Below, in pieces: positions 30,147 through 41,556 of a stretch of DNA of 64,000 bases (position 1 is the stretch's first letter; each line of letters opens with the position of its first letter). Source of the DNA: Barthelona sp. PCE (taxonomy: Eukaryota); the NCBI GenBank assembly GCA_040285745.1, contig JAUFOR010000003.1:992001-1056000 (forward strand), given 5' to 3'. The notes beneath the pieces are model-generated. The model searched no databases, was not told the origin of the DNA, and was given only the letters and a program-made list of their open reading frames with translations. Both the position numbers and the translations under genes were made by a program.

Positions 30147-32489
30147 ATGGGAACGTTCACGGACAGTGATCTAGAAGCTGAACTCCTGCGATCGGGACAC
30201 GCATCTCCAACAGTATCGTCTATGGAGAATGACAACAAAGAACCATATGCTGAGAATATGTCGGCAAAATCCAAAGACATTGAGTTGATTAGCATTGCTG
30301 TCGATGAAGATGTGCAAAAAGATTTCGAGGAAGGCTCTTCCTCCTCAGATGAAGAACTCAATCATTCTTTTGAGACGGTTTTCTATTCTTCGTTGAAAAC
30401 CGTCACATCAGTAAGCGATAACATATCTATGAAGGACTTTTTGGCGGTTACATTGAGGATTTGTAACTGCTATTTTGCGATTGCATCTGCGTTGCTCATG
30501 CTCGCATCCGTTTTGAATTTCATTTTACTGCCATCGTATTCTTTACTGTATTACCTTAACAATTCAACAGGAATGTACTTTGTTGTTGCAAATGGCATCT
30601 CTCTTTTCATCATTGTTTGCGCAGCACCACAACTCTTTGTTGCTTGCATTTCGTTTGCGTCAAAGTTTTTCCTGGCAGGAGATGTAAGTCATTTGTATAA
30701 TCTTGCGTTTTTACGATGGTTTTTTGCTATTAATGAGCGTATTTTAGGTTTGAAACCCAAAACTTTCCGTCGAAAAGATACTTTCATGCAAATTGCAGTG
30801 TTTTTCGACGCATTAATCGTAGGTGCTGTCTTTTGGATCCAAACAGGTTTCGCTAGCTACACTAGTAGCTTCTTATTTGCTGTCTTCTTGATCACAACTA
30901 TCATGTGCATCTGCTACGTTGCACAGCATGTTATTATAGCATACGTCACGATACCTTCTATCAATGATATTGTCGTATGCTTTCATCTCACGGAGAATAA
31001 GGAGTTAGTTCAAGAAACTCTCAATCGCAAGTCTTTCATTTACAGATGGATGATGAACGAGACAGAAAAGGGAATGCAATCTAAATGGGCTCGCTTCCCA
31101 TGTTGGGTTTGCTTTTTGTTTCTCCTTCCTTTTTTGTTTGTGCTTTTCATGTGCCCCATATATGTATTTGTTGATGTATGGGAGGTGCGTAAAGCAACAA
31201 GAACCACACGCCGCTTCTCAGGTCTTCGTTTCTACCTTGCAATGTTTGTTGCCTGTGTTTACATAATCGCAGTGGTCTATTTATTCGGTGTGGCGATTTT
31301 CTTGCACGCAAAGTTCTCGAGCATCATTGTATCACTGATGAGTTTGTTTCCGAGCACCCCTTTCGTTGTTGCGTTCCTGGCAGATAAGCAGAAATACCTT
31401 AGAAGAGCATCCCGCCTTTGGCTGTTTGTTGTTCTGTTGTTGGCTGCTCTCATGCTCTTTTTTATTGTTAAATACGTTAACCAGGATGACAGTCGCTATC
31501 CGGAACTGGGTAATGCAGTTGAGAAAACAACACAGCTACAGAACATCACTTTTAATGATTTCCAAACATGGTATGAGTCAAAACCTTACATAGATATGGT
31601 CGGCCATCAACTTCCCCGCTCTGGTGTTTTTGATCCTGCAGTTTCGGGATCTTTACAGTCAGCATATCCAATATGCAGCATGAACGTGCATGGGCTGTCA
31701 GTTTTCGACTATATGTTCTTCTCTTTTATTGCGTACCGTCCTGGATTCTATCGAATCTACGAACCGTTCAAAAACGATGATTGGGAGATTGTGGGCGTCA
31801 ACACCAAGCGGTTCAATTCATATTTTATTGATTTTTACTCTCCTTCCCGTAACCTCAGTGTTGTAGCAATAAGAGGCACGTCTGCGAACTCTATGCTAGA
31901 CTTTGTGCTCGATTTCGACGTGTTTAGCGAATCAGCGCTTTTAGGATTCCTCAATGCTATGTTCCCCTTCGGTTCATGGTTGCCTGAGTCCTTCCAGAGC
32001 AGGCTCGTATCTGCCATGTCTGTCGTTGAAGGTATTAACGATCTTAACGCACAGAGATATGATCGTGAGGCTGTGAAGTATATCAAGTATCGTAGTTACG
32101 TTGCAGACAATACAATTGTGACAGGGCACTCGTTGGGCGGTGGTCTCGCGCAGGTTGTCGCAGCTAAAACTGGAAACAAGGCGATAGTTTTCAGCTCTCC
32201 CGGTATGGCACTCACATCGAGTAAGTTTAAGGTTCCTTATAACTCATTGCGCATGACTAGCACGACCGTCGTTCCCGATAACGATCCAGTAGCCAAGATT
32301 GACATTCATGCTGGTGAAGTTCAACGAATTGCATGTGATAAGGCGAAGCATCAATTTGAGTGCCACGGCATACTCCGCACTTTTAGGGAATTAGGCGTAC
32401 ACTGCATTAATTCCGATATTCTATATCTACGAGATCAGGCGACCGATATTATTGCACGACTGAAGCAGGAGGAAAAGAAAAGAGGATAA
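30147..32489 (+). CDS. multi-TM class 3 lipase (alpha/beta hydrolase)
   Basis: Many TM helices, then VVAIRGT, VTGHSLGGGLA and DPVAKID. Confidence 0.85.
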   Translation: MGTFTDSDLEAELLRSGHASPTVSSMENDNKEPYAENMSAKSKDIELISIAVDEDVQKDFEEGSSSSDEELNHSFETVFYSSLKTVTSVSDNISMKDFLAVTLRICNCYFAIASALLMLASVLNFILLPSYSLLYYLNNSTGMYFVVANGISLFIIVCAAPQLFVACISFASKFFLAGDVSHLYNLAFLRWFFAINERILGLKPKTFRRKDTFMQIAVFFDALIVGAVFWIQTGFASYTSSFLFAVFLITTIMCICYVAQHVIIAYVTIPSINDIVVCFHLTENKELVQETLNRKSFIYRWMMNETEKGMQSKWARFPCWVCFLFLLPFLFVLFMCPIYVFVDVWEVRKATRTTRRFSGLRFYLAMFVACVYIIAVVYLFGVAIFLHAKFSSIIVSLMSLFPSTPFVVAFLADKQKYLRRASRLWLFVVLLLAALMLFFIVKYVNQDDSRYPELGNAVEKTTQLQNITFNDFQTWYESKPYIDMVGHQLPRSGVFDPAVSGSLQSAYPICSMNVHGLSVFDYMFFSFIAYRPGFYRIYEPFKNDDWEIVGVNTKRFNSYFIDFYSPSRNLSVVAIRGTSANSMLDFVLDFDVFSESALLGFLNAMFPFGSWLPESFQSRLVSAMSVVEGINDLNAQRYDREAVKYIKYRSYVADNTIVTGHSLGGGLAQVVAAKTGNKAIVFSSPGMALTSSKFKVPYNSLRMTSTTVVPDNDPVAKIDIHAGEVQRIACDKAKHQFECHGILRTFRELGVHCINSDILYLRDQATDIIARLKQEEKKRG

Positions 32490-32524
32490 ATGATTTTTTA
32501 TTGACAGAAATATTGTAAATACGG

Positions 32525-33919
32525 TTAAAATTCATCGCAGTCATCAAGATCACTACAGTTGGGGGATAGAGAGATTTGTCTAAAGTTCAAAGGCTGGTTC
32601 GTGTTCAGAACCACGCGAGATGAAGAAGGGCTTAGTGTCGGGAGCTCCAGCATTGCGGGCTCCATCGACACGAGTGGTATGTGCTGTCTTATGACGGGTG
32701 AGAAGGGAGAGCTGATCAGTTTCGGCTCAGGGTGCACCATATCCTCGTAAGAAAGTGATCTCCTCATTCTGTCGACGGTTGTGTCGTAAAGCTGCTGGTT
32801 CCCTGATTGCTTTTTGGAGAAGACAGATAGCTGACCGGTGTCTTCGCGTATGCAATGGACAGAGAGTGAAACCCTCTTAAACACAGTCTCCTTCTTTTCA
32901 AACAGAATTCGACAATCGCGCACAGATCTCTGCTTCAATACCGCCTTATTTCGCTGAAGCGTGTCCTCTACAAGATGCATTGTCTCTTGAATTGAACAAG
33001 AGCTCGAGAAAAGAAAGTCTCCATCACTGGCGATTGGTGATTTTGGAGATGCGATTGGAGGAGCTGATTTCGACCAAGGCGAAATAGCACGTAGTCCAGG
33101 CGATACAAGTCCCGCCTGTGTGTCTCCCCGGATCCATGGGTGGTCTATCGCCTCTTGAACAGTCAGACGCCGAACCGGCTCCTGCTGTAACAGCGCCTGT
33201 ATCAGATCAACTAGGTGCGGGGGAAAGTAGCTGGGGAAGTTGACCGTTGCCTTTAGCGCATGCTTCAGCTCGCCCAAAGAGTCGCAATCGAACGGAGCGT
33301 AGCCTGCCGTCATGTAGAAGAGCAAAACGCCGAGCGACCACATGTCGGCCGCTTTTGGGCAAAACAGGTGGTCCTCCAGCACCTCCGGGGGGCAGTACGT
33401 GGGGGTTCCGCCATGCACATTGGTCAGACAGTTAGCCTTGCAGCACAACGAGAGACCAAAGTCGATAAGCTTGATGACCCCATTCTTCCCGTACAGTACA
33501 TTCTCCGCCTTGATGTCACGGTGGCTGATTTGGTTTGTGTGTAGGTACCGCACCGCCTCAAGCAGCTGTGTGAAGTAATTGCGGGAATCGTTGATTGAAA
33601 GTTTCGAATTTTTCTCCAAAAGTGTCCCGTGTGGAACATATTCCATAAATATGTTAATGCTATCATCATCTTCAATAGCATCGATGAGCTTTACGATGTT
33701 AGGGTGATCACAACGTTGTAATATCTCGATTTCGTCATTAGCGCTTTTGATGTTGGACTTAGAAGAAGTCAATATCTTCTTAAGTGCACAACGTATGCCG
33801 CTGCCCTGTATCTCCACCAATGAAACGGTACCAAAAGTGCCTCGACCGATTTCTCCCAAGATAGAAAATGTATTCTTGGTGATAGTGGATTCTCCTATCA
33901 GTTGTTTCTTCAATTTCAT
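32525..33919 (-). CDS. Ser/Thr protein kinase, CAMK group (SNF1/CIPK-like)
   Basis: GRGTFG, ALK, HRDIKAEN, DFG, GTPTYCPPE, DMWSLG. Confidence 0.92.
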   Translation of the reverse strand: MKLKKQLIGESTITKNTFSILGEIGRGTFGTVSLVEIQGSGIRCALKKILTSSKSNIKSANDEIEILQRCDHPNIVKLIDAIEDDDSINIFMEYVPHGTLLEKNSKLSINDSRNYFTQLLEAVRYLHTNQISHRDIKAENVLYGKNGVIKLIDFGLSLCCKANCLTNVHGGTPTYCPPEVLEDHLFCPKAADMWSLGVLLFYMTAGYAPFDCDSLGELKHALKATVNFPSYFPPHLVDLIQALLQQEPVRRLTVQEAIDHPWIRGDTQAGLVSPGLRAISPWSKSAPPIASPKSPIASDGDFLFSSSCSIQETMHLVEDTLQRNKAVLKQRSVRDCRILFEKKETVFKRVSLSVHCIREDTGQLSVFSKKQSGNQQLYDTTVDRMRRSLSYEDMVHPEPKLISSPFSPVIRQHIPLVSMEPAMLELPTLSPSSSRVVLNTNQPLNFRQISLSPNCSDLDDCDEF

Positions 33920-34136
33920 GCAAAAAACGGATAGGACTACGGGTAGCCGTGTTTAAAAATAAAAATGTGTTGAATGGGAGGAAAAAAAAAGTAGCATGCC
34001 ATTGGCCTACAAATCGGGTTCTGAATTTTACTTCTCTTTATTGTGCATGTGAGAGTGTCCTGACCAGGTACAGGTAATGTCATGGTTGTGTTGAAGAGTT
34101 GATCATTTTCACAACCTGCACAAATCAATTTTATTG

Positions 34137-35413
34137 TTAGAATTGTCTGAAGACGGCATTGAACCTCGCTACTGAAGATCCCTGCTCTTCGTACTGCTCC
34201 TTTGTATGACAGACACTGTAAAAAGCGGGATCATTCGCAAACTCTGAAGCACCCAGGAACACTGCAATTTGCTGAAGGTTGCGCTTGCAAAACACATTAA
34301 CATTGATCTTTCTGACGTCCTCTTCAGCTATGCTCATCCTCACGGCCATACTCTTCATGCGGTCGTCCACAATTGTCTGAATATCTCCCTCTAGTCTCTT
34401 CTTGAAGTTTTTGAAGCTTGTGTTTCCTCCACATAACACGACGTTTCCATACAGATCAATACGTGATTGCATGGGGCATGCCTGGATAGCCTCATCAACA
34501 AGAACTGCAAGCGGCTTGTCCAGCTTAGCATTGAAAATTTCAGGCATGAAGAACATCTCAGGACCAATAAAAGCCTCGTAACCAACATCAAACGCGATCT
34601 TACCCTTGTTCGGGAACTCGTGCACGACGTTTGTGATATACTTCTCGGGCTTTGAGTCGAACAAATTAAATCCGTGCACCAAATCTCTGGCTACATAACA
34701 GTGGTTCTCCTTAACCTGGAGTGCACATGACTCACTGCCCTGTAGAGGGATTCCCTCTCTCTTCCTCAGCGTCTCTTGTATGAAAGATGTGACGTTTTTA
34801 CCACCTAATGGGATAGTGCGAATTGCGCTTCCAACAACGAAACCCTCTACAACAGGGACGATTTGCGTGCCTCCATCACCAGAATCGACAACGACGCCAG
34901 TGAGTGCGTTTCCCTGCTCATCTGTGATTGCCTTCTTTGCGCAAAGAGCCATTGTCGCTTGTACACCAATATACAAATGCGGTACGTTAAAGGTCTCAAA
35001 CATGATTTCAGCGGTGTACTCTCTATTTTCTGGTGGATTTAGAGGCGATTCAGTAACAACAACGCCATGGTTCTCTGGCTCAACCCTCATCATATCAAAA
35101 AAAGATGCTTGCCAGAATTTCTCCATCATATCCCAATTGGTTACGATTCCGTCGGTGATTGGATAGTTTAGTGAGTATTCAAGCTTCTTTTCAAGCGCTT
35201 CATTACCAATAACAAAATCAAGATCTGATAAAGTTCCGTTTGCCCCTGTAACATGGTCTGATTTATGCCCCACTACGGTTGGGATATTATGTAAAGGTAA
35301 TCCTTGACCGGCAAAACCGATTTTCGACCAACTAAATATTAGGGGGTGCTCCTTTTTGCATCTACATACCTAGTTCCGTTATCAAAAATCACTGCTGGGC
35401 GATTTGTTGCCAT
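34137..35413 (-). CDS. ARP3: actin-related protein 3; exons 35370-35413 and 34137-35331
   Basis: Spliced N-terminus MATNRPAVIFDNGTSWSKIGFAG; PPENREYTAEIMFETFNVP; C-terminal CHTKEQYEE...NAVF. Confidence 0.93.
35332..35369 (-). other. spliceosomal intron, 38 nt (ARP3)
   Basis: GTATGT...CTAATATTTAG; removal restores the actin-fold DNG..K.GFAG motif. Confidence 0.9.
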
Positions 35414-35747
35414 AATTTGTGTGTTAGCGTGTTGAAAAGGGTGGAAGTTGGCTTAACAACAAATTGATGATCTATGCCATTCAAATAGTTTTTGTGATGT
35501 TGTAGATTGTACCATTTGCTGTTTTTACAACAAGTACCTTAAATGGTTGGACTTGTAATTTGTAAATGCACTGATTCATACTACTGTGGGTGAGGTGTCT
35601 TTGCGTCTAATATGGTTGGTTTGTGTGGTCTTATTTCTCTTTAATGTACTGTGGACGGTACAACACACTCCCAAGAAAATTAATACAGAACAATTGAGTG
35701 TTTGTACATAATAAACCCTTACACACACACCTTAATCACGCAGGGGA

Positions 35748-36995
35748 ATGTCAGGCATTTTAATTGAGGAAAACCCCCTCAAACAGAGAATATATTTGCC
35801 TCCACAGACAAAATTTGTTGCTTGTGTCTCAGATCGCTTTGAGAACTTTTTCAGAAGGACGGATGATGCAATCATTCAATGGTCACAACGCCACCTTAAC
35901 CGTTTTTGGATAATTTTCAACATGAGCATAACATTTTTTACATCAATTGAGTTTGGTTGTGCTGTTCCAATAGTTTTTCTTTTTTGTAACTTAGACGGGC
36001 TCGTATCCGAGTACATATGGCTCATGCTTGTTGCCACCCTCATCAGTCAGATCCCTAAACGTTTTCTCTGGCGGAGGAGACCATTTATGACTGGTAGGGC
36101 GAAAAAAGTCATTGACACGAAGACCTCATCTTTTCCGAGTAGGGCTGTGCTGTGCAGCGTGATATATTTGTATTTCATTGTGTATTTTTTGCAATATCAA
36201 TCACACGATGCTGATGTTATCATCAAATGGTGGATTCCCATCATCGTAGTTGCTGTCATCTTTTTGTCGGGCTGGGCCCGCGTGCAGCTCGGTGTACACT
36301 ACCCGAGCGACTGTCTCGTTGGTGGTCTGCTGGGTATTGTCTGCGTAGGTATCGCCTATCTTCTACACGAGCAGGAGGTTTTCTTGTGCCTGGACTGCAC
36401 TGACGGGTCATGTTACTCGCCCGATCCGGCACACACTATTACATGGAAGGCCATAGGCAGAGCTAATTGGGGTATTTTTACAGGTATCACCGTTCTTGGT
36501 CTTATACTGGTGTTTTTTTTCAGCTTGCGTCCGTTGAAGCTCTGGTTCAAGTCCCATTGTATCATTGGCATGCTAACGCCAGTGTTTTGCTTTAATATTG
36601 GGTTTCTTTGTCCTCTATTGCCAAACCCGTGCTCTCTCCATAACCCTGGAGATAACCCGACGTTTGGAGACTTTTTGGCAGGAACAATCGTCGCCAGCAT
36701 CACCGCTGCATTTGGTATGTGGTCGGCGTCCCGGTTGAAGGATCCGAGCAGTTCTGCCACAATCATTGAGGTAGATAATGACGAGTCCTTCGACTTGTCA
36801 GTTGACGGTCACCGTGCTCTCTCCCACCGAATCCACAAGGCTATACATGATGATGAAGAGAGCCTAGTTGTCTATAACTTCGATGTCGTGTCAAAGACTA
36901 AGGAGACGTCATTCGCGGAATTGAAAGCTGTGCTGAACTTCATCGGAATGCACACGTTTGTGTTCATGTCGCTTCTCTGGTGGCGTCTCAAATAA
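35748..36995 (+). CDS. PAP2-family membrane phosphatase
   Basis: KRFLWRRRP, SSFPS and ARVQLGVHYPSD motifs with multiple TMs. Confidence 0.85.
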   Translation: MSGILIEENPLKQRIYLPPQTKFVACVSDRFENFFRRTDDAIIQWSQRHLNRFWIIFNMSITFFTSIEFGCAVPIVFLFCNLDGLVSEYIWLMLVATLISQIPKRFLWRRRPFMTGRAKKVIDTKTSSFPSRAVLCSVIYLYFIVYFLQYQSHDADVIIKWWIPIIVVAVIFLSGWARVQLGVHYPSDCLVGGLLGIVCVGIAYLLHEQEVFLCLDCTDGSCYSPDPAHTITWKAIGRANWGIFTGITVLGLILVFFFSLRPLKLWFKSHCIIGMLTPVFCFNIGFLCPLLPNPCSLHNPGDNPTFGDFLAGTIVASITAAFGMWSASRLKDPSSSATIIEVDNDESFDLSVDGHRALSHRIHKAIHDDEESLVVYNFDVVSKTKETSFAELKAVLNFIGMHTFVFMSLLWWRLK

Positions 36996-37024
36996 ATAGC
37001 TGCACATAATATGATTTTTTACAT

Positions 37025-37981
37025 CTACAGAGCCTTCATGCCCGAGACTGACACGTTTGTCACTGATATTGAGTGATCGTCACATACCGCGGCAACCATA
37101 TCCTCAGAAGCGTTGAGCTTTGCTTTCCATACAGCGTGTCCAGAGTGAGGATTGATCACCTGCACTACCTCGCGCATACGCACATCCCACACGTGCACTA
37201 GACCGCTGGTTGAAGAGGAAACGAAATAGTTATCGCCAGCATCCAAACTCAGTACCCAGCTAGGCTGGGCTACCAAACTGGTGATCGTTGTCCCGCTCCT
37301 TCTGTCAAAGATACGTATGTGTGTGTCGTCGCTGCCTGTGTACAATAAGCGGCTGTCGGGGGACCATGCCAGTGCCCTGATTCTGCTGCTGTAACTATCC
37401 AGGGCTGTTTCGAACTCCTTCTCTTGGACGTCGTAAATGTGCACCTGGCCTCCTGCTGTTCCAGACGCAACGTGGACGCAGTCAGGTGCGATGCTTGTTG
37501 CCATAACAAACGATCCACCCAGCCTTTGCAAGTTCTGAATGGATGAAGTCGGGGATAATCTAACAATATCACCGAATTCCATCACAATTTTCTGATTTCC
37601 GATGTTTCGCTCCATGTCAAGCGGAATAATACTAACAAAACCGGCTTGAGAACCAGTTGAAACAAAACTCTCGTCCTGAGCAATTGAAATACCCCAGCTG
37701 TCGAGAGGCTCGCACTTCTTCGTTGCGAGGTGTGTTCCATCATTCGAAAAGAACTTCAAAACACTCTCAAGAGAAAAAACACCAAAAAAGTTAGATGTTG
37801 CCTGAATATCAGCAATTCCAAGCGTGAGGAATGAATCTATGCTCTGTTTCAACGTCATTGTTGATGTGTCCCATAGTTTTAATGAACCACTAACACTACC
37901 AGTAACAAGGCTTCGGTTCTCAAGGAATGAGCAGGCCCATACCGCGTCTTCGTGTGCGTTCTTCTCGTGTTGAATCGACAT
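37025..37981 (-). CDS. WDR61: WD40 protein WDR61/Ski8
   Basis: N-terminal AHEDAVWAC, LVTGS...LKLW, IRALAWSPDSRLLYTGSDD, SWVLSL. Confidence 0.75.
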   Translation of the reverse strand: MSIQHEKNAHEDAVWACSFLENRSLVTGSVSGSLKLWDTSTMTLKQSIDSFLTLGIADIQATSNFFGVFSLESVLKFFSNDGTHLATKKCEPLDSWGISIAQDESFVSTGSQAGFVSIIPLDMERNIGNQKIVMEFGDIVRLSPTSSIQNLQRLGGSFVMATSIAPDCVHVASGTAGGQVHIYDVQEKEFETALDSYSSRIRALAWSPDSRLLYTGSDDTHIRIFDRRSGTTITSLVAQPSWVLSLDAGDNYFVSSSTSGLVHVWDVRMREVVQVINPHSGHAVWKAKLNASEDMVAAVCDDHSISVTNVSVSGMKAL

Positions 37982-38047
37982 ATTCAATCAAATCTGTGAA
38001 AAGGTGAAGAATTGAGAATACAAATGTTCAGCCAAAAAATGCTATTT

Positions 38048-38812
38048 TTACTCAATCATACTGAATATGTTCTTTTTGATGTTCTTGATCTCTTCAAACA
38101 GGTTGCTTTCGATTTGTGTGTGGTTTTCAAACTGTTCAATTAGCCGCAGACTCCTTACATATCGCTGCTCGGTTACAATACGCTCTTCTTTCTCTTTTCG
38201 GAGTTTGTACTGTACATCTGCTATTTTCTGTTGTAAATCAAAGTGCTCTCGTGACAAGTCATCAAACTGTAATGTCTCTATATCATTTTTTAATGTTCTA
38301 TATTCTTTCTCAAGGGTTTCATTTTTCAAATCCACTAAACAACTCTGCTCCGTAAAAAAATCAATAATTTGCTGAAACTGGTCCGACTTCCTTTCATAAG
38401 GGAGTATTCCTAGCTCGTTCTTATGCCTCAAAGCATGCTTTTCCTGTCTCTGAATCAAAGAAATCATGTAACGTTCGAATTTTGCCAGTTTTCTGTGATC
38501 CTTTTGTGTAAACTCTTCATCTACACATGTATTAATAATATTAGGTGTTGTTGTAATGATTTCCTCCTCGATTGTTTGTATATTTGAGGATAGCTCCGCA
38601 ATATCTTCCTCTAACCTATGAATGTGCTTTAAAAAGGGTTTAGCACTTTGTACAAAGTCACTTTCAAGTGATTGGAGCAAATTTAACTCACGAATCTGTT
38701 GCTCTTTTGCGAATTGATCAGCATATTGTTGACTCCATATTGAAAATTGCTGAAAACACACATCACGGAGTTCTTCATTAACTTCCTCGGTGATAAAATC
38801 TGGAAAATTCAT
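38048..38812 (-). CDS. coiled-coil hypothetical protein
   Basis: 254-aa E/Q/K-rich heptad ORF. Confidence 0.65.
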   Translation of the reverse strand: MNFPDFITEEVNEELRDVCFQQFSIWSQQYADQFAKEQQIRELNLLQSLESDFVQSAKPFLKHIHRLEEDIAELSSNIQTIEEEIITTTPNIINTCVDEEFTQKDHRKLAKFERYMISLIQRQEKHALRHKNELGILPYERKSDQFQQIIDFFTEQSCLVDLKNETLEKEYRTLKNDIETLQFDDLSREHFDLQQKIADVQYKLRKEKEERIVTEQRYVRSLRLIEQFENHTQIESNLFEEIKNIKKNIFSMIE

Positions 38813-39231
38813 GGACCCCAGCCCTTAATGCACAATAAAGTTGTGAATAAGTGATATATTGTGAAAACATTCCTTTGCACCGTTTTTTTGCATTTTGTAA
38901 TTGTGCGGGAGTTTTTTTGTAATTTTTAAAGCTTACCTTCCAGTTATAATACCACATTAATCTCTCATCATTAAAAAAAGCGCATGAATCATGAAATGAT
39001 AATTTACACACATTTCCTCATCCAAACGATAAATATATATAATACGCTGTCTATTTACGTTGATAGAAATTAGATACAGGATAGCAGAAGATGGATCTCA
39101 AAAAATAATTACTATAAAGGATTTCTTTGGTTTACACTTTCTGATAATACGTTATTCTCCCAACTTATCACGATAATAAACTGAAAATTGGATATGAAGC
39201 AACGCTGATACTTTTTTAAAAATGCAGGTTT

Positions 39232-39534
39232 TTATGTGGCTTCTTGCGCTTGGTTTACGAGTAAGATATACTCAAGTGCATGTCTCATTTCGTCGTGCTC
39301 TTGAACTGCATCACTTAAATCCTTATCAATCTTCCTATTCTTCTCTACTAGTGAAATAAGTGCTCTTTTCTCTGTTTGGTACTCGACAAACAGCTTACAG
39401 AACTGTTGTGCGAACTTATGCCTTTGTCTCAAGTCGGAACTCGTTGTTATTCCTTTGTTTTGTGTTTGTGTGACACTGCCATTGTTTTGCCTAATTGTCG
39501 CAACCTGCTGCTCCCCGTTTGATATATTGTACAT
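39232..39534 (-). CDS. small coiled-coil hypothetical protein
   Basis: 100-aa ATG-initiated ORF in otherwise AT-rich DNA. Confidence 0.5.
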   Translation of the reverse strand: MYNISNGEQQVATIRQNNGSVTQTQNKGITTSSDLRQRHKFAQQFCKLFVEYQTEKRALISLVEKNRKIDKDLSDAVQEHDEMRHALEYILLVNQAQEAT

Positions 39535-39842
39535 TTAAGATGTGTGTGTATATATAAAGTGTTTGGGAAAGGTGTGAAACCGTATTAAGGATCCTGTCTC
39601 AATTCAACATTTTTACACTTGCTTAAACGGAATATTGTACATTTTAAAGCATATTTCGGCTTTTTTTTTGTTATAATATCCTGATATAGATGCCTAAAAA
39701 TCTACATCATCTTCATGATCATTTCTCCAAAATAAAACTCACAAAAGCTGATAACTCAACTAGATAAAGTCACAGAAACAAGGAAGTACAACATTTCGCT
39801 TTCACAATTGTTTCTAATTTCTCTCCCCTTTCAAATAGCAGG

Positions 39843-40649
39843 ATGTTTTTTACCTACAAGATTGTTGTTTTTCTCGGGGTACTTGCGATATTAGCACATG
39901 GGAATATCCTTTCATACTCATCAGAACCACAGTATGAAATAGGATTTACAATAGGAGCTGTGGACGATATAACACTCGAAACTCATTATCCATGCCACTT
40001 GATCAAGGATGCAACCGAACGCATGTTCAATTGCTGTCTTCCAAGAGTTGATCCAAATGAACAAGAGTCTTTTCTGCAAGTCAACACATCAAAGACCATA
40101 TATGACGTTTTGGACCAACTACGTGGCCTAACAGCGTACTACCGTACCGGAGGCTGGTTCGATTTCACTCTTAAGTGGGAAGAATCTGTTGAACAATTCC
40201 ACATGAACGAAAAGCGCGAGAAGGAACAGGTTTTCTCATTGGGTAAATACAATCCAGCAGAGTTTACCAGCCAGATCGAGCATGATGCGCAAGAACAACC
40301 TTATTACAGCTTTGTATACGACGACGGAGAGCATTGCGGTATAAGCAACGAACCACGCACAGTTGATGTTCAACTCAAGTGCGGTCTGCATAAGGAGCCG
40401 TTGTTCGTGACAAAGGTGATAGAAAAGAAGACTTGTGAATACGTTATGGAAGCTTCCACACCACATCTATGCGACTTGTTCGGGTTCCAACAGAGTGTAA
40501 CAAAGAAGCCTTCTTTAGCCATCTGTCGATTGATTCCTGAGGCTGGAAAACCAATTATCATCAACAGTAATGGTGGAAAGATTATTTTTGAACAAGGAGG
40601 ACCGGATTCAGAAAACAAAGAACACAAAATGAGGTTTAAAGAGGTTTAA
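39843..40649 (+). CDS. ER lectin with MRH domain (OS-9/ERLEC1-like)
   Basis: Signal peptide; VEQFH, YDDGEHC...PRTVDVQLKC and EKKTCEYVMEASTPHLC. Confidence 0.8.
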   Translation: MFFTYKIVVFLGVLAILAHGNILSYSSEPQYEIGFTIGAVDDITLETHYPCHLIKDATERMFNCCLPRVDPNEQESFLQVNTSKTIYDVLDQLRGLTAYYRTGGWFDFTLKWEESVEQFHMNEKREKEQVFSLGKYNPAEFTSQIEHDAQEQPYYSFVYDDGEHCGISNEPRTVDVQLKCGLHKEPLFVTKVIEKKTCEYVMEASTPHLCDLFGFQQSVTKKPSLAICRLIPEAGKPIIINSNGGKIIFEQGGPDSENKEHKMRFKEV

Positions 40650-40762
40650 TGTTAAGTCCCTCCGGATATATGTAACAATGGTACTCCAAAGCAGTAAAAT
40701 ATCATTTGAAAAGCAGGTTAATTCGTTTTTTTCCCTTATCTTGTTTATTTTTGTGATTTTCT

Positions 40763-41537
40763 ATGAGTGACTACGATTATCTATTCAAAGTTGTGTTATT
40801 GGGTGACGCAGGTACTGGAAAAGTATGGTATTATGGCTTAAATTTGTATTATGAGATCACAACATTTAAAAAAGGATTCTATTCTTTCAAACTGCTGCAG
40901 CCTTGTCTAAACGGCGAGCTTGGATCTTGGATATAAAGCAAAGCGATTTTCAGCCTCTCGAATTAATATTAACATTTAGAGTTCTCTTCTTGCTCGTTAT
41001 ACCAGAAATGAATTCTCTCGTTCATCCAAATCGACAATTGGCGTCGAGTTTGCTACAAAAACTGTTGTATTGAACGAGAAACGCGTGAAAGGACAGATTT
41101 GGGATACAGCTGGCCAAGATAGATTTAGAGCCGTCTGTGACGCCTATTACCAGGGTGCATACGGTGCTATTCTCGTTTACGATATCTCAAAACGCTCATC
41201 TTTTGAGAATTTGGATAAGTGGTTAGATGAAGTGAAACGTTATGCCGATGCCAATATCTCTTTACTTGTTGCCGGTAACAAATGCGATCTCTCATATGCA
41301 CGAGCCGTGTCAGTTGAAGAAGGAATGAAATGGACCGAAGAACACAACTGCTCCTTCATTGAGACTTCAGCATTGGACGCGACAAACGTAGAGGAGGCTT
41401 TCCTCAACGTCCTTTGGAACGTCTATGAGAAGCATTCCAACGGAGCCTATGAAAGCGAAGATGAAGGAATCACCATCGACACTAATGAAGGAGAGGAGAT
41501 AGCTCTGAATAATGACGAGCCTCCTTGCACTTGTTAG
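40763..41537 (+). CDS. RAB11: Rab11-family GTPase; exons 40763-40822 and 40980-41537
   Basis: Spliced MSDYDYLFKVVLLGDAGTGKSSLL...SKSTIGVEFAT...WDTAGQ, GNKCDL, ETSAL, C-terminal CTC. Confidence 0.93.
40823..40979 (+). other. spliceosomal intron, 157 nt (RAB11)
   Basis: GTATGG...TTAACATTTAG; removal restores the P-loop GDAGTGKS. Confidence 0.9.
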
Positions 41538-41556
41538 TCATACGGGCTGCTCCGGT

